Of a stretch of 124,000 bases of DNA, positions 72,761 to 84,400 are shown in pieces. Position 1 is the stretch's first letter. Every line of letters begins with the position of its first letter. Source of the DNA: Hyalangium minutum (GTDB lineage Bacteria > Myxococcota > Myxococcia > Myxococcales > Myxococcaceae). Below the pieces are notes generated by a model. The model was given only the letters and a program-made list of their open reading frames with translations, was not told the origin of the DNA and did no database searches. The stretch is from NCBI RefSeq assembly GCF_000737315.1, contig NZ_JMCB01000006.1:20001-144000 (forward strand). The letters run 5' to 3'. The translations under genes were made by a program, and so were the position numbers.

Positions 72761-75631
72761 ATGAACCGAAAGTGGGTCGTCGCGCTGGGAGTCGTAGGGC
72801 TCGTGCTCGCTGTCGCCTGGGTCTGGCGCAGCAAGTTGGACGCTCAGGATGCGTCTCCGCCTCGGGAAGCTACCGCCCCACGGCAAGACACCGCGTCCGC
72901 TACAGGGGGCACGAAGCGGCCCGCCACCGGAGACACGGCTCAAGTGGGGGCGCAGGGCTCCGGCCCGAGTGCTGCTTCGGAAGGAGCGACGCCCCCCGTC
73001 GATGAGCCCATGCGTGCGGAGGAAGGCTCCCTGCGCGTCGAGGTCGCCGCCCCCACAGGGCCACAGCCCGGAGCCCGCGTGGCGCTCTATCTCCGAGGCC
73101 CGTACGAGCCCGCCACCGGCCAGCCCTCGTGGCGGCTGGCGGGGAGCGGCCGGACCGACGAACAGGGCGTGGTGGTGCTCCCCGCGCGTCCGGGGCGCTA
73201 CCTCGTCTCTGCCCGAGCCGAAGGCCTTGCCACCGCGAGAGCGGACGTCACCCGGCCTCGCGGAGAGGCCACCACCTCCGTCCGGCTCCTGCTCACCGCG
73301 GGCGCCACCTTGGAGGGCAGCACCGTGGAGAGAACCTCCGGCAGCCCGGTGCCGCTCGCGGAGCTCACGCTCGTTCCTCGCGCCTCGTCCCTCGAAGGCC
73401 GCGCCTCGGCTCCCGAGGAGGAGCGTCACCTTGCCTCCAGCGACGCGCGCGGAAACTTCCGCATCGTGGGACTCGAACCCGGCGAGTACCAGCTGGAGGC
73501 CCGCGCCCCGGGTCACGCGACCAAGCGGCTGTCGCGGGTGCACGTTCCCTCCTCGGGTGTCTCGGTTGAGTTGGAGGCCTCTGCCTTCATCGAAGGCTTC
73601 GTCGAGCTGCCCGATGGCAAGCCTGCCGCACACGCCCGTGTGAGCGCCTTTGGTGCGGACGAGGCCGCCTCGACCGAGACGGGCTCGGGGGGTGGGTTCT
73701 CGCTCGACGTGCCACCCGGGAGCTATCAGGTCACCGCCCGGCAGGGAGACAAGACGGGCTCGGCCCACTCCCGGGTCGTGGTCGGCGCGGGGATGACCCT
73801 CAAGGACGTGCGCATCCGGCTCGGGTCCGCCACGGCCATCGCGGGCGTGGTGCGCCAGAAGGACTCGGGTGCGCCCATCGCCGACGCGGCGATCTCCGTC
73901 ATCCCAAGCGGAGACCGGGGAGACCTCGCTCGCGCCACCGCCGACGCCGGAGGACAGTTCGAGGTGGGAGGGCTCGCTCCGGGTGCCTATGACGTCTCGG
74001 TGCAGGCTCCGGGCTTCAAGACGCTGCGCCGCACCGGTGTCACGGTGCTGGAAGACCAGCGCTTCGAGCTGATCGCCGAGCTGATCGCCAACGGCCGCAT
74101 CGTGGGCACGGTGGTGGACAGCGCGAAGAAGCCCCTCGCGGGCGTGCAAATCATCCCCCAGCGGCGGTGGAGCGCGATGGAGGGCGTGACCGCCACCGTG
74201 ACGGATGCGACAGGCAGCTTCGCTCTCGAGGATCTCCCGCCCGGAGACGTCTACGTCGCGGCGCGCCGCCCTGACAGTGACGAGCACACCCGCGTTCCCG
74301 CCAAGGTCGAGGCCGGGAAGACCACCCAGGTCCAGCTCCAGCTCTCCGACGAGGGTGTGCTGGAAGGGACCGTCCGCCTCGCGGATGGCCGCGTCCCGAC
74401 GAAGCCAGTCTCGGTCTACGCCCACCGGGTCGGAGCCCCCGCCTTCGAGGGCACGGAGGTACCCGCCACCGCAGCGGGCACGTTCTCGCTGCGCCTCGGA
74501 GCAGGCAAGTATCAGCTCAGCGCGTGGCTGGCGGACTCGCGCTGGGTGAACGAGCAGGAGAAGGCCGTCACCGTCAAGGCGGGCCAGACCCAGCGCGTCG
74601 AACTCGAGGTGCGCGAGGGCAAGAAGCCCGTTCAGATCACCGTGCTCGAGCCCAACGGAGCGCCCAGCGTCCGGGCCACGGTCATGGGCAGCGAGGCGGG
74701 CAAGTCGAACATCATTCTCGAGGACCTGACAGACGAGGCTGGACGCACGCTCTTCATGGCGGACTCGATGGGCTCGGATGCGCTGCACCTCTGGGCGACG
74801 AACGGCGGGCGCAGTGGAGATCTGCCCCGAGTCGCCGTGGCGAGCGGCAGCGCGACGATCCAGCTCATTCCGGGTGGGCGGCTGAGCGGCTCGGTGCGGT
74901 CGGCGGGAGGACGGCCCGTCACAGGGTTCGAGCTCGTCATCTCGCCCATCCGCACCGGCGAGGACTACTTCATGCAGCAGCGCTTCGAGTTCACCGGGGA
75001 CACGTTCGTGGTGGAAGACCTGACGCCAGGCCGGACCGCCATCACGGCCACGCTGCCGGACGGCCGCGCGGGAAAGGTGGAGACCCCCCTCACCTCCGGA
75101 GGGACAGTCCAGGCCGACATCGTCGTGGACGCGGGCGGAAGCATCACCGGCCGCTTGATCGACGCGAAGACGGGAGAGCCGATCGCGCAGGCTTTTGTCG
75201 AAGTCGATGGGCTCGTCTCGCCCAACACCGGTCCGGATGGACGGTTCAAGGTGAATGACCTCGCGCCAGGGCCGCACCGCATCACCGCATGGGAGCGGCA
75301 GCACGACATCGTGGACAAGCAGGTGACGCTCGGCGCCGGGAAGACGGTGGACCTGGGTGACTGGCGCATGGGCCCACCGCGCGTGGAACCCGGGCGACTG
75401 GGGCTCACGTTCGGCATGAACGGCGATGACGTCGTCATCAGCTGGATCACCGTGGGTGCGGAGACCGGTGAGCTCCAGGTGGGTGACACGGTGACGGCCA
75501 TTGATGGGGCCACGGTGCTCACCTCGGGCGAGGCCCGGCAGCGTGAGCTGGGGGCTCCCGGCAGTCCGGTGACGCTGTCGATCCGCCGGGATGGCCAGTC
75601 CCGGACGCTCACCCTCACGCGTGCCCGCTGA
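72761..75631 (+). CDS. Membrane-anchored protein with multiple carboxypeptidase-regulatory-like repeats and C-terminal PDZ domain
   Basis: N-terminal TM, repeated TDxxGxF..GL.PG.Y units, LGLTFG...GDTVTAIDG PDZ. Confidence 0.8.
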   Translation: MNRKWVVALGVVGLVLAVAWVWRSKLDAQDASPPREATAPRQDTASATGGTKRPATGDTAQVGAQGSGPSAASEGATPPVDEPMRAEEGSLRVEVAAPTGPQPGARVALYLRGPYEPATGQPSWRLAGSGRTDEQGVVVLPARPGRYLVSARAEGLATARADVTRPRGEATTSVRLLLTAGATLEGSTVERTSGSPVPLAELTLVPRASSLEGRASAPEEERHLASSDARGNFRIVGLEPGEYQLEARAPGHATKRLSRVHVPSSGVSVELEASAFIEGFVELPDGKPAAHARVSAFGADEAASTETGSGGGFSLDVPPGSYQVTARQGDKTGSAHSRVVVGAGMTLKDVRIRLGSATAIAGVVRQKDSGAPIADAAISVIPSGDRGDLARATADAGGQFEVGGLAPGAYDVSVQAPGFKTLRRTGVTVLEDQRFELIAELIANGRIVGTVVDSAKKPLAGVQIIPQRRWSAMEGVTATVTDATGSFALEDLPPGDVYVAARRPDSDEHTRVPAKVEAGKTTQVQLQLSDEGVLEGTVRLADGRVPTKPVSVYAHRVGAPAFEGTEVPATAAGTFSLRLGAGKYQLSAWLADSRWVNEQEKAVTVKAGQTQRVELEVREGKKPVQITVLEPNGAPSVRATVMGSEAGKSNIILEDLTDEAGRTLFMADSMGSDALHLWATNGGRSGDLPRVAVASGSATIQLIPGGRLSGSVRSAGGRPVTGFELVISPIRTGEDYFMQQRFEFTGDTFVVEDLTPGRTAITATLPDGRAGKVETPLTSGGTVQADIVVDAGGSITGRLIDAKTGEPIAQAFVEVDGLVSPNTGPDGRFKVNDLAPGPHRITAWERQHDIVDKQVTLGAGKTVDLGDWRMGPPRVEPGRLGLTFGMNGDDVVISWITVGAETGELQVGDTVTAIDGATVLTSGEARQRELGAPGSPVTLSIRRDGQSRTLTLTRAR

Positions 75632-75654
75632 CAGCCGGACAGAGGCGGACCCGC

Positions 75655-78600
75655 TCAGTAGTCCTGACGGGTCTGAGGCATCGGGCGCGGCTCTCCTCCG
75701 CCTCCATGCACCGGGCCGGGCGTGCCACCTCCGAGCCACCGGCGGAACTTCCCGAGCAGCCAGCTCCGCGCGTCCGCCAGGATTTCGTACACGGTGGGGA
75801 TGACCAGCAGCGTGAGCAGCGTGGAGGTGATGACGCCGCCGATGACGGCCCGGCCCAGGGGAGCGCGGAAGTCAGCGCCCTCGCCCCGCCCGAGCGCCAC
75901 CGGCACCATGCCGGCGATCAGCGCGAACGTCGTCATGATGATGGGCCGCAGACGGATGCGCCCGGCCTCAATGAGTGAGTCTCGAAGCGACAGCCCGCGC
76001 CGCTCGTGGGTCCACTTGGCGAAGTCGATGAGCAGGATGGCGTTCTTCGTCACGATGCCCATCAGCAGGATGACGCCAATCAGGCTCATGATGTTCAGCG
76101 TGTCCCCGGTGAGGAGCAGCGCCAGCACCACGCCGATGAGCGACAGCGGCAGCGACACCAGGATGGCCAGCGGATCCAGGAACGAGCCGAACTGCACCAC
76201 GAGGATGAGGTACATCAGCAGCACCGCGATGATGAGCGCGGTGAGCACATTGCTGAAGACCTCGGCTTGGTCCGCCGCCTCGCCGCCCTCCGAGAGCGCG
76301 TAGCCCGCGGGCAGCGGCACCTTTGCCAGCCGCGCCTGGGCATCCTTGAGCACCTCCGAGAGCGAGCGCCCCTGGACGTTCGCCTGGATGTTGATGACCT
76401 TTTCGCGGTTGAGGTGGTTGATCTGCGTGGGGCCGAAGGTCTCGCGGATCTCCGCCACCTGCCCCAGCGGCACCACCACCGGCGGGCGTCCTGGCGCTCC
76501 CGGGAGCGCCAGCGGGAGCCGCGCCAAGTCACTCGGGCTCCGGCGGGCCTCGGGCGCCAAGCGCACCATCACATCCCGCGTCTCTCCGGTGGGATCCACC
76601 CAGTCGCCCGAGTCCAGCCCCGCGAACGCGGGCCGCAGCGACTGGGCCACCTGCCCCACCGTCACGCCGAGCTGACCCGCCAGCCCGCGCCGCAGCTCCA
76701 CCTCCAGCTCCGGCTTCTGTCCCCGGCTGGAGAGCCCCACGTCCACCGCGCCGGGCACCTGCTCCAGCTCGCGCCGGAGCTTCTCGGCCAGCTCGCTCAG
76801 CATGCGCGCATCCGGCCCGCGCAGCTCGAGCTGGATGGCCTTGAACGCGCCGCCAAAGCCACTGGTGAAGACGGACGCCTGAGCCCCCGCCACCCGGCTC
76901 AGCTCCTGGCGCAACGTGTAGCCCAGCGCGTCCGCGCTCACCTGACGCTCATTCTTGGGCTTGAGCCGCACGTACATGAGCGCCTGATCCACGCCCGGCG
77001 AGCGCAGCGGCAACGGCGTGCCGATGGTGGCATACGTATAGACCACCTCCGGGTGCGAGGCCGCGATACGGGCCACCTCTTCCACCTTGCGCCGGGTGTA
77101 CTCGAGGTTCGAGCTGGGCGACGTCTCGACGAAGACCTCCATCTCGCTGTTGTCGCTCATGGGGACGAAGCCCGCGCCGCCGAACATCCCCTGCAGCACG
77201 AGCGCGCCCACGAACGAGCCCACCGCGAGCAGCACCATGGCCAGCCGGTGGTCCAGCGCCCAGGCGATGACACGCTTGTAGTGGTCCGCCTGCCGGTCGA
77301 ACCATTGGTTGAAGCGTGAGAGCGTCCGGGAGATGGGGCCCTTCCGCGCTCCCTTCTCCACCTGGGGATCCGCCCAGTAGGCGGAGAGCATCGGGTCCAG
77401 CGAGAAGCTCACGAAGAGCGACACCAGCACCGCGCACGCGATCGTCAATGCGAACGGTTTGAACCACTGTCCCGTCACCCCGTACATGAAGGCGATGGGC
77501 ACGAACACCGCCACGATGGAGAACGTGGTGGCCGCCACCGCGAGGCCAATCTCATTCGTGCCCTGGCGGGACGCCGCCATGTGGTCCTTCCCCATCTCGA
77601 TGTGGCGCACGATGTTCTCGCGCACCACGATGGCGTCGTCGATCAGGATGCCGATGGCCAGCGACAGGCCCAGCAGCGACATGGTGTTGAGCGTGAAGCC
77701 GAACGCCCACACGCTGATGAAGGACGCCAGCACGCTCACCGGCAGCGCCAGGCCGGTAATCACCGTCGAGCGCCACGAGTTGAGGAAGACGAACACCACC
77801 AGCACCGTGAGCAAGGCGCCCTCCAGGAGCGCCTCCTCGACGTCGGCCACCGAGTCGGCCATGCGCATGCCCGCGTCGCGGACGATCTCCAGCCGCACGC
77901 TCTCGGGGAGCTTGGGCTGGAGCGTCTTCAAGCGCTCGCGGAGCTGCTGCGCCACGTCCGTGGTGCTGTAGCCCTTGGCCTTCAGCACGTCGATGCCTAC
78001 GGCCTGCTTGCCGTTGAAGAGGGCCAGCGTGCGCGGCTCCTCCGTCCCATCCTTCACCTCCGCCACCTGCCCCAGGCGGATGGCCTGTCCTCCTCGCTCG
78101 GCGATGACGACGTCGGTGAAGTCTTCGGGCGTCTCCAGCCGGCCCTTGAGGCGGATGCTCTGCTCCTCCAGCGCCCCGGTGATGCGGCCCACGGGCGCCG
78201 CCAGGTTCTGCGCCTTCAGCGCCTGCACCACCTCCGCCACGCTCAGCCCCGCGGCCTGGAGCGCCCCGGGCTTCAGCTCCACCGTCAGCTCGCGCTCGAT
78301 GCCGCCCACCATCGTCACCTGCGCCACGCCTGGCACCGCGCGCAGCTCCCGTATCACCGTTGGGTCCGCGATGCGCGACAGCGTCGCCGCTGGCAGCGTG
78401 TCCGAGGAGAGCATCAGCGAGAGGATGGGCAGGTCCGACGGGTCGAACCGCGTGAGGATGGGCTCCTCCATCTCCTGCGGGAGATCCGCTCGCCTGCCGG
78501 AGATGGCGTCGCGGATGTCCTGCGAGGCCTGCTGGATGTCTGTCTCGAAGCTGAAGACCACCGCGAAGTGGGCCAGCCCGTCCGAAGCCGCGGAGGTCGT

Positions 78601-78843
78601 CCTGCTGCCATCCACTCCGCTGATGCTGAAGATGGCGTCCTCGACGGGCTCGATGATCTCCCGCTCCACCACATCCGGGGAGGCGCCCGGGTAGACGATG
78701 GTGACGCCGACGACGGGCGGCTTCACGTCGGGGAACTCGTCCGTCTTCAGGTTGACGAGCGCGACGAGCCCGAAGACGACCAGCGCCATCATGCACGTGA
78801 TGGTGACGATGGGGCGCTTGATGGCGAAGTCGGAGATGAACAC
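75655..78843 (-). CDS. RND efflux permease (AcrB/AcrD/AcrF family)
   Basis: ILIDDAIVVREN, IVTKNAILLIDF, RLRPIIMTT. Confidence 0.95.
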   Translation of the reverse strand: MFISDFAIKRPIVTITCMMALVVFGLVALVNLKTDEFPDVKPPVVGVTIVYPGASPDVVEREIIEPVEDAIFSISGVDGSRTTSAASDGLAHFAVVFSFETDIQQASQDIRDAISGRRADLPQEMEEPILTRFDPSDLPILSLMLSSDTLPAATLSRIADPTVIRELRAVPGVAQVTMVGGIERELTVELKPGALQAAGLSVAEVVQALKAQNLAAPVGRITGALEEQSIRLKGRLETPEDFTDVVIAERGGQAIRLGQVAEVKDGTEEPRTLALFNGKQAVGIDVLKAKGYSTTDVAQQLRERLKTLQPKLPESVRLEIVRDAGMRMADSVADVEEALLEGALLTVLVVFVFLNSWRSTVITGLALPVSVLASFISVWAFGFTLNTMSLLGLSLAIGILIDDAIVVRENIVRHIEMGKDHMAASRQGTNEIGLAVAATTFSIVAVFVPIAFMYGVTGQWFKPFALTIACAVLVSLFVSFSLDPMLSAYWADPQVEKGARKGPISRTLSRFNQWFDRQADHYKRVIAWALDHRLAMVLLAVGSFVGALVLQGMFGGAGFVPMSDNSEMEVFVETSPSSNLEYTRRKVEEVARIAASHPEVVYTYATIGTPLPLRSPGVDQALMYVRLKPKNERQVSADALGYTLRQELSRVAGAQASVFTSGFGGAFKAIQLELRGPDARMLSELAEKLRRELEQVPGAVDVGLSSRGQKPELEVELRRGLAGQLGVTVGQVAQSLRPAFAGLDSGDWVDPTGETRDVMVRLAPEARRSPSDLARLPLALPGAPGRPPVVVPLGQVAEIRETFGPTQINHLNREKVINIQANVQGRSLSEVLKDAQARLAKVPLPAGYALSEGGEAADQAEVFSNVLTALIIAVLLMYLILVVQFGSFLDPLAILVSLPLSLIGVVLALLLTGDTLNIMSLIGVILLMGIVTKNAILLIDFAKWTHERRGLSLRDSLIEAGRIRLRPIIMTTFALIAGMVPVALGRGEGADFRAPLGRAVIGGVITSTLLTLLVIPTVYEILADARSWLLGKFRRWLGGGTPGPVHGGGGEPRPMPQTRQDY

Positions 78844-78877
78844 GGCGTCTCCTTGCGGAAGGGCGTGAGGGTGCGTG

Positions 78878-80062
78878 TCAGCGGGGCGTCGGGGAGCTCG
78901 GGCCCAGCCCTGGCTGACGCGGGGCCTGTGTCACCTGCACGCGCGTGCCCTCGGCCAGCTCCCTCGCCGAGCCCACCACCACCACGTCTCCCGCTTGGAG
79001 TCCGGAGCGCACCTCGATCTGCTGGGCCACGTCATCCCGGAGGCCCAGGTCCACCGAGGCCCGCTCCAGCTTGCCGTCGCGCACCCGCATCACCGAGGGC
79101 GGCGTGGTGCGCGCATCCACCGCCGCCAGCGGCACGGCCAGCGCCTCCCGCGACTCGGATGCCACGCGCCCTTGCGCGAACAGCCCCACCAGGAGCGACT
79201 GCTCCACGTTGGGAATCGTCACGTAGATGCGCACCTGCCCGGTGGCCGGGTCCACCGCCGGGTTGATGCGCTCGATCTTCCCGGAGAAGGTCTGCTCCGC
79301 GTCGCCCTGCAGACGGAAGTCCACCGGAGTGCCCGCCTTGAGCCTCCCCCCGTACTCCGCGGGCATGAAGGCGTTCAGCTCCAGGCTCCGGGGATCCACC
79401 ACGGTGACGAGCGAAGAGCCGGGCTGCACCACGTCGCCAGCGTTCACCTGGCGCTCGCTCACCACGCCGTCGAAAGGCGCCACGATGCGCGTGCGGCCCA
79501 CCTGCTCGCGGGCCAGCGCCAGCCGGGACTGGGCCTCGGAGAGCTGGGCCTGCGCCTGGTGCCGAGTGAGCTGCGCGCGCTCGAAATCCCGCTGGGTGAT
79601 GACACCCGCCTGGGTGAGCTTCGCGGTGCGCTCCTCCTCGGCCTCGGCGACGCGCACCGTGTTCTCGGCGACCCGCACCGCGGAGCGTGCCGCGATGAGC
79701 TGGTCCTGAAAGGCCACGTCGTCGATGCGCGCCAACAAGGCCCCTCGCTTCACGGGCTGGCCCTGATCCGCGTTCACCTCCAGCACGGGGCCCGCCACCT
79801 CCGCGCGCAAGGTGGCCGCCTGCCGCGCCTGCAGCGAGCCGGAGATGACCGGGCCGCTCTGCAATGTTCGCGGCTCGATGCGGATCACATTCTCCGGACC
79901 CAGTGTGATCGGAGCGGGCTCCGCCTCCATGGGAGCCGCGTCCCCCTTCTGCCCGTTACAGCCGGCAAGGCCGAGCAGCGCCAGGGATCCCAGCACGGCC
80001 CCTGCCCGCCTGCTCGCCCCCACCCACCGCCCTATCCCACTTCTGATGGCCTCTGGCATCAC
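78878..80062 (-). CDS. RND membrane fusion protein (lipoprotein)
   Basis: Lipobox LAGC; lipoyl/hairpin IVAPFDGVV; PAVDPATG. Confidence 0.92.
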   Translation of the reverse strand: MMPEAIRSGIGRWVGASRRAGAVLGSLALLGLAGCNGQKGDAAPMEAEPAPITLGPENVIRIEPRTLQSGPVISGSLQARQAATLRAEVAGPVLEVNADQGQPVKRGALLARIDDVAFQDQLIAARSAVRVAENTVRVAEAEEERTAKLTQAGVITQRDFERAQLTRHQAQAQLSEAQSRLALAREQVGRTRIVAPFDGVVSERQVNAGDVVQPGSSLVTVVDPRSLELNAFMPAEYGGRLKAGTPVDFRLQGDAEQTFSGKIERINPAVDPATGQVRIYVTIPNVEQSLLVGLFAQGRVASESREALAVPLAAVDARTTPPSVMRVRDGKLERASVDLGLRDDVAQQIEVRSGLQAGDVVVVGSARELAEGTRVQVTQAPRQPGLGPSSPTPR

Positions 80063-80245
80063 CGGTGACCCCCGTCGCCGGCCACTTCACGGCGCGTAGG
80101 AGAGTCAGACCTCCTGATGCAAGGTGCCAGTGGGATCAGACCTCAGGCCCGGCGCCTGCTGGCCTGTGGACGGAGCAAAATGGAACAGCCCCCGAGCCAT
80201 GCAGGCCGGGGGCTGCCTCACCGCCGAATTCCAGAGGCGCGGCGC

Positions 80246-81214
80246 TCAGCGCACCGGCGTCTCGCTGATCAGCAGCGTCTTCGTGGAGAAGCTCCTGGCG
80301 CAGGTGGAGACCTGCCGCTCACCGCACTGGATCGGGGTGGTGGCGCGCGTCTGCGAGCTGAAGCAGCTGGCGCCCTCCGCAGTCCACTCGGCCTCCCCCA
80401 CCCAGCTCTCCGTGTCGCTCTGGACGCCCAGCGAGTCGTAGAGGTTGATGAGGTTGCCGTTCACCGTGTACGAGGAGCCGTTGCCGCAGAAGTCCGCGCG
80501 CACCATGCGGGTGCACGCCTGGTGGTGATCCTCCAGGCTCACCCCGTTCACCGAGCGCCACGGCGCGTAGCCGAAGCGCACGCACTTGGCGAGCGCCGCG
80601 CCCTCGCACGCGAAGGTGAAGGAGTTGGCGTCGTAGATCTTCCGGCCGCCCCCGCTCACGCCCTCGCGGTAGTCCCAGCGGTTCTCCAGAGCAATGGCGC
80701 CGGTGGCCGAGCCATCCGCGTTGGTGCAGATGGGGTACCACTGGCCATCCCCCGTGTTCTGGTACGACACCCGGTAGCTCCAGACATCCTGGTTGGCGCC
80801 CTCGCCCTGGATCATGTCCTCGATGCGCAGCGTCAAGATCGTGCCATCCTGCAGCACCCCCGTGAAGCGCGTCTGCAGGAAGTCCTTGCCGGACAGCTCC
80901 TGCGTGCCGGACAGGCCGTGGAAGGTGGAGCCCTCGAGCCACACATTGCTGAGCGGCAGGCTCATGCCCTCGCGCTGGGCGCCCGCGTAACGCACCGCAA
81001 CAAGCTTCGATCCCAGCGCCGTCCCGTTGACCTCCCGTCCATTGATCTCCCGGCCGTTGATTTCCCGGCCATTGTCAGTCACCAGACTGTGTGCGGACGA
81101 CTCCAGCGCGGGCGCAAGCGCGTCCCCGGCATCCGCGGTCCCACACCCCATCGCCCCACCGGCCAGAATCGCCGCCACCACCACGAACCGGACACCCATA
81201 CGCCACCTCCGCAT
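80246..81214 (-). CDS. ADYC-domain lipoprotein with NGRE(I/V) pentapeptide repeats
   Basis: Lipobox AMGC, NGREINGREINGREVNG, FTFAC...KC..FGY.PW...ACTRMVRADFCG.G. Confidence 0.8.
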   Translation of the reverse strand: MRRWRMGVRFVVVAAILAGGAMGCGTADAGDALAPALESSAHSLVTDNGREINGREINGREVNGTALGSKLVAVRYAGAQREGMSLPLSNVWLEGSTFHGLSGTQELSGKDFLQTRFTGVLQDGTILTLRIEDMIQGEGANQDVWSYRVSYQNTGDGQWYPICTNADGSATGAIALENRWDYREGVSGGGRKIYDANSFTFACEGAALAKCVRFGYAPWRSVNGVSLEDHHQACTRMVRADFCGNGSSYTVNGNLINLYDSLGVQSDTESWVGEAEWTAEGASCFSSQTRATTPIQCGERQVSTCARSFSTKTLLISETPVR

Positions 81215-81418
81215 CCACCTTCTTCGGATGCACCGGAGGGTGTGCAGCGGGGGGTGGGCGGGCAAGGTGAGGACAGTGCCTCAGGCACTTGCAGCGTTGA
81301 TTCCTGGGCCCCCAAAGTGGCCGTGAGCACAGAGGAAGTGGGTTTTGTGTCCTCCGGTGAGCAGCGTGTCTCAAAGATGAGAAGAGGATGGGAAGAGGCC
81401 CCCCACCCTTAATTCCCG

Positions 81419-84400
81419 CTATTTCCCAGAAGGCGGTGTTGCGCAGACGCGCAGGCCCACCGTGAGATCCCGGAGCGAGGCATCGGAGGAGTCCCGATTG
81501 GCGGAGCGGGCGGTGTTGGGGCCGTAGTAGTAGCTGCCCCCGCGCGCGACCGGCTTGGTGGAGTCCCACCAGTTGCGCGTCCACTCCCACGCATTGCCCG
81601 CCATGTCCTCCACCCCGAAGGGGCTGGCGGACCGAGGGTAGGTGCCCACCTCGTCCGGGCCAAAGCCGCCGGAGCGCTGGCCGTAGGTGCTGTCGATGTT
81701 GGCGTCATCCACCTCGAGCTTGGGGCCGTGAGGGTATTCGCGCCCGTCCACGCCTCGGGCGGCGCGCTCCCACTCCAACTCCGTGCACAGCCGGGCCCCC
81801 GGCACCCCGCCCTGCGAGAGGGGCCGCCGGGCCAGCCAGGCGACATATGCCTCCGCGTCCGTGAGGTTGATGCCGGTGACAGGCATGCGCAGCCAGTCCT
81901 GCTCGGCCCGCTGGGTGCGTTCGGCGTAGCGCAGCTTCGCGCCCTCGCGGACCACGTACTCCGGGGAGCCCGGGCTGGGCTTCAGGTGCAGCACCCACGT
82001 CCCCTGCACCCGCTCCAGCTTCAGCTGGCCGACCGAGTCCTTCACTCCCGGCGTCCGGCGGATGCGCTCCTCTTCGGGCAGCTCCTCCAGGAAGGCCAGC
82101 CACTGCTGGTAGGTCGTCTCATGGCGGGCAATGAGGAAGCCCGCCGTGGAGCGCTCGTGGAGGGGCACTGTCTTCAAGAAGTCGCGCATGGCGTCCACGG
82201 AACTGCCAAAGCGCAGGGGCCCTGGAGGCACGTAGATGAAGTCCTGGGGGAGCGTCCCTTCCGGCAAGAGCGGCAGCTTGAGCAGCCGCTTCTCGCCCCG
82301 CGTGAGCTGCAAGGGCATGGAGGCAGGCACATGGCCCGGAGCGCGTGCCGTCAGCTGGTACAGGCCGGGTAGCACCGGCGTGCCCTTCCAGGTCCCGGAG
82401 GTGAACCGGACCGGTGTCCTGGGCTCCTCGTCGAGATCCGCGTCATCCGCCAGCGGCAGGAGCTCCACCTCGGCCCCGGGTGCCTCCACCTCCAGCGTGA
82501 CGAGCGCGGGAGCGGTCCACCGGCTCCACCGCTGCTCGTCCACGTCATAGAGGCGCAAGCGCTGCAGCAACGCGGGCAGCGTGGCCAGCTCTCCCTCCTG
82601 CTCGGCGAGGAGCGCGCGCTCGTAGAGGTAGTCCGCCAGCGCCTCCCTCACGATGCCCCGGTCAGGTGCCAGCACCAGCGCGCGCTCCAGCCCGTAGGCC
82701 ACGGCGTTGAAGTGCTGGCGGACCTGGGCACTGCGGCTCGCGGCGTGCGTCCACGCGGCTTCCCCTTCGGCCTTGAGGCCCGCCCCGTACCGCTGGAAGG
82801 CTTCCGCGCGCTCGACCACCAACGCCTCGCGCTCGCCGCGAGCCTGCTCCAGGCCCCGCGTGGACTCGGCCAGCAGCGTGCGAACCTGCTCCTCGAGCTG
82901 CATGCGCTCGCGAAGCCGGCCGCTGCCATACACGAGCCCCAGCAGCAGCAAGAAGCCCGCGGCCAGGGCGCGCCGGGCCCTGCGGCTGCGCACCACCGTG
83001 CGGCGGGACTCCTCCAGGAACTCCTGCTCCCGGCGCGTCAGCTCGCCCGGGTCCAGCACCGCCGTCTCGGCCAGCTGCCGGGAGCCCCAGAGCACGTCGC
83101 GCGTGTGCCCCAGCCGCTCCCACTGCGCGGCGGACGACTCCAGCCGGGCCTGCACCTCGCGGCGCTCGGCGGCCTCGGCCAGCCAGCGGGCCAGCGTCTT
83201 CCAGCCGGTGACGAGCGCCTCGTGCGCCACTTCATAGGAGGTGCCGTCCTCCGCCTCGCGGGCCACCAGCAGGCGCGCGCGCACCAGCGCCTCCAGCGCC
83301 GCGCGGTAACGAGGATCCGCGCCCACCAGCTCCCGGTCCGTCTTCCGGGCGCGCGTGCCGTCGGCGGTGATGAGGCGCAGCAGCACCCCACGCGCGGCCA
83401 CCCGCTGATCCGGGAGCAGGCTGTCCACGGCCGCATCCGCGTGCTTCGCCAGCGCGCCCGACACGCCGCCCAGCCCGTCCAACGCGGCCTGGGTGATCAC
83501 CTCGGCGGCCTTGTCGCGCGCCTCCCACAGCTCAGCGAGGGCGAACTGGAGCAGCGGCAGCCCGCCCTCGGTGGCGGCGGTGGCGGCCACCAGCGTGTCC
83601 ACCAGCGCCTCGGACTCGAAGCGCACGCCCTTCACGCGCGCCGGGCCGACGATGGCCTCGCGCATCTCCTCGGGCGTCAGCGCGCGCAGCAGGTAGAGCG
83701 CCCGCGGCAGCTCGGCACCGAGCCCCGGCACCGCCGTGAGCCGCGTGAGGAAGTCACTGCGGCCCGTGGCCAGCAGCCGTACGCCCGTCACGCCCTCGGC
83801 CAGCTCGCCCAGCGCGAGGCCCGCCTGCGCGGCCTCCTCGGGCACGGAGAGCGTCACCAACTCCTCGAGCTGATCCATATAAAGGATGAGCCCGTCCTTG
83901 GCGCCCAGCTTCGCGCGCAGCCGCCGTGCCAGCTGCGTCGGCTCCGTGTGGAGCAACTGGGCCAGGGGCTCCTCCTCCATCTCCAGCACGGGGGCGAGCG
84001 CCGCGGCGAGCGCGGCCACGGGGCGGCGGCCCGGCACCAGGCGCGCGCTCTTCCACTTCCGGCCGTCCTCCAGCACCCCCTCCGCGATGAGGGGGATGAC
84101 GCCGGCCAGACACAGCGAGGACTTGCCCACGCCCGAGTCGCCGGTGATGAGCAGGAAGGGCTCTCCCTTGAGGCGCTCGATGACCGCGCGCTGCTCGCGC
84201 CGGCGGCCGAAGAAGAGGGCGCGGTGCTCGGCCTCGAAGGCCTGCAGGCCGCGGAACGGGTTGCCCTCGGGGATGGCGCCAGCAGAGAGTTCGTCCCGGC
84301 CGACCTGCTCCAGCGCGTCGAGCATCGCCGCGGCCGAGGAGTAGCGCTCCGAGGGCTCCCGGCGCAGGCAGCGCTCGATGACGGCGGCGAGGTTCGGATC

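Noticed and set aside
75655-80062. RND pair without an outer-membrane factor
   Set aside because: Common arrangement; TolC-like partners are usually encoded elsewhere.
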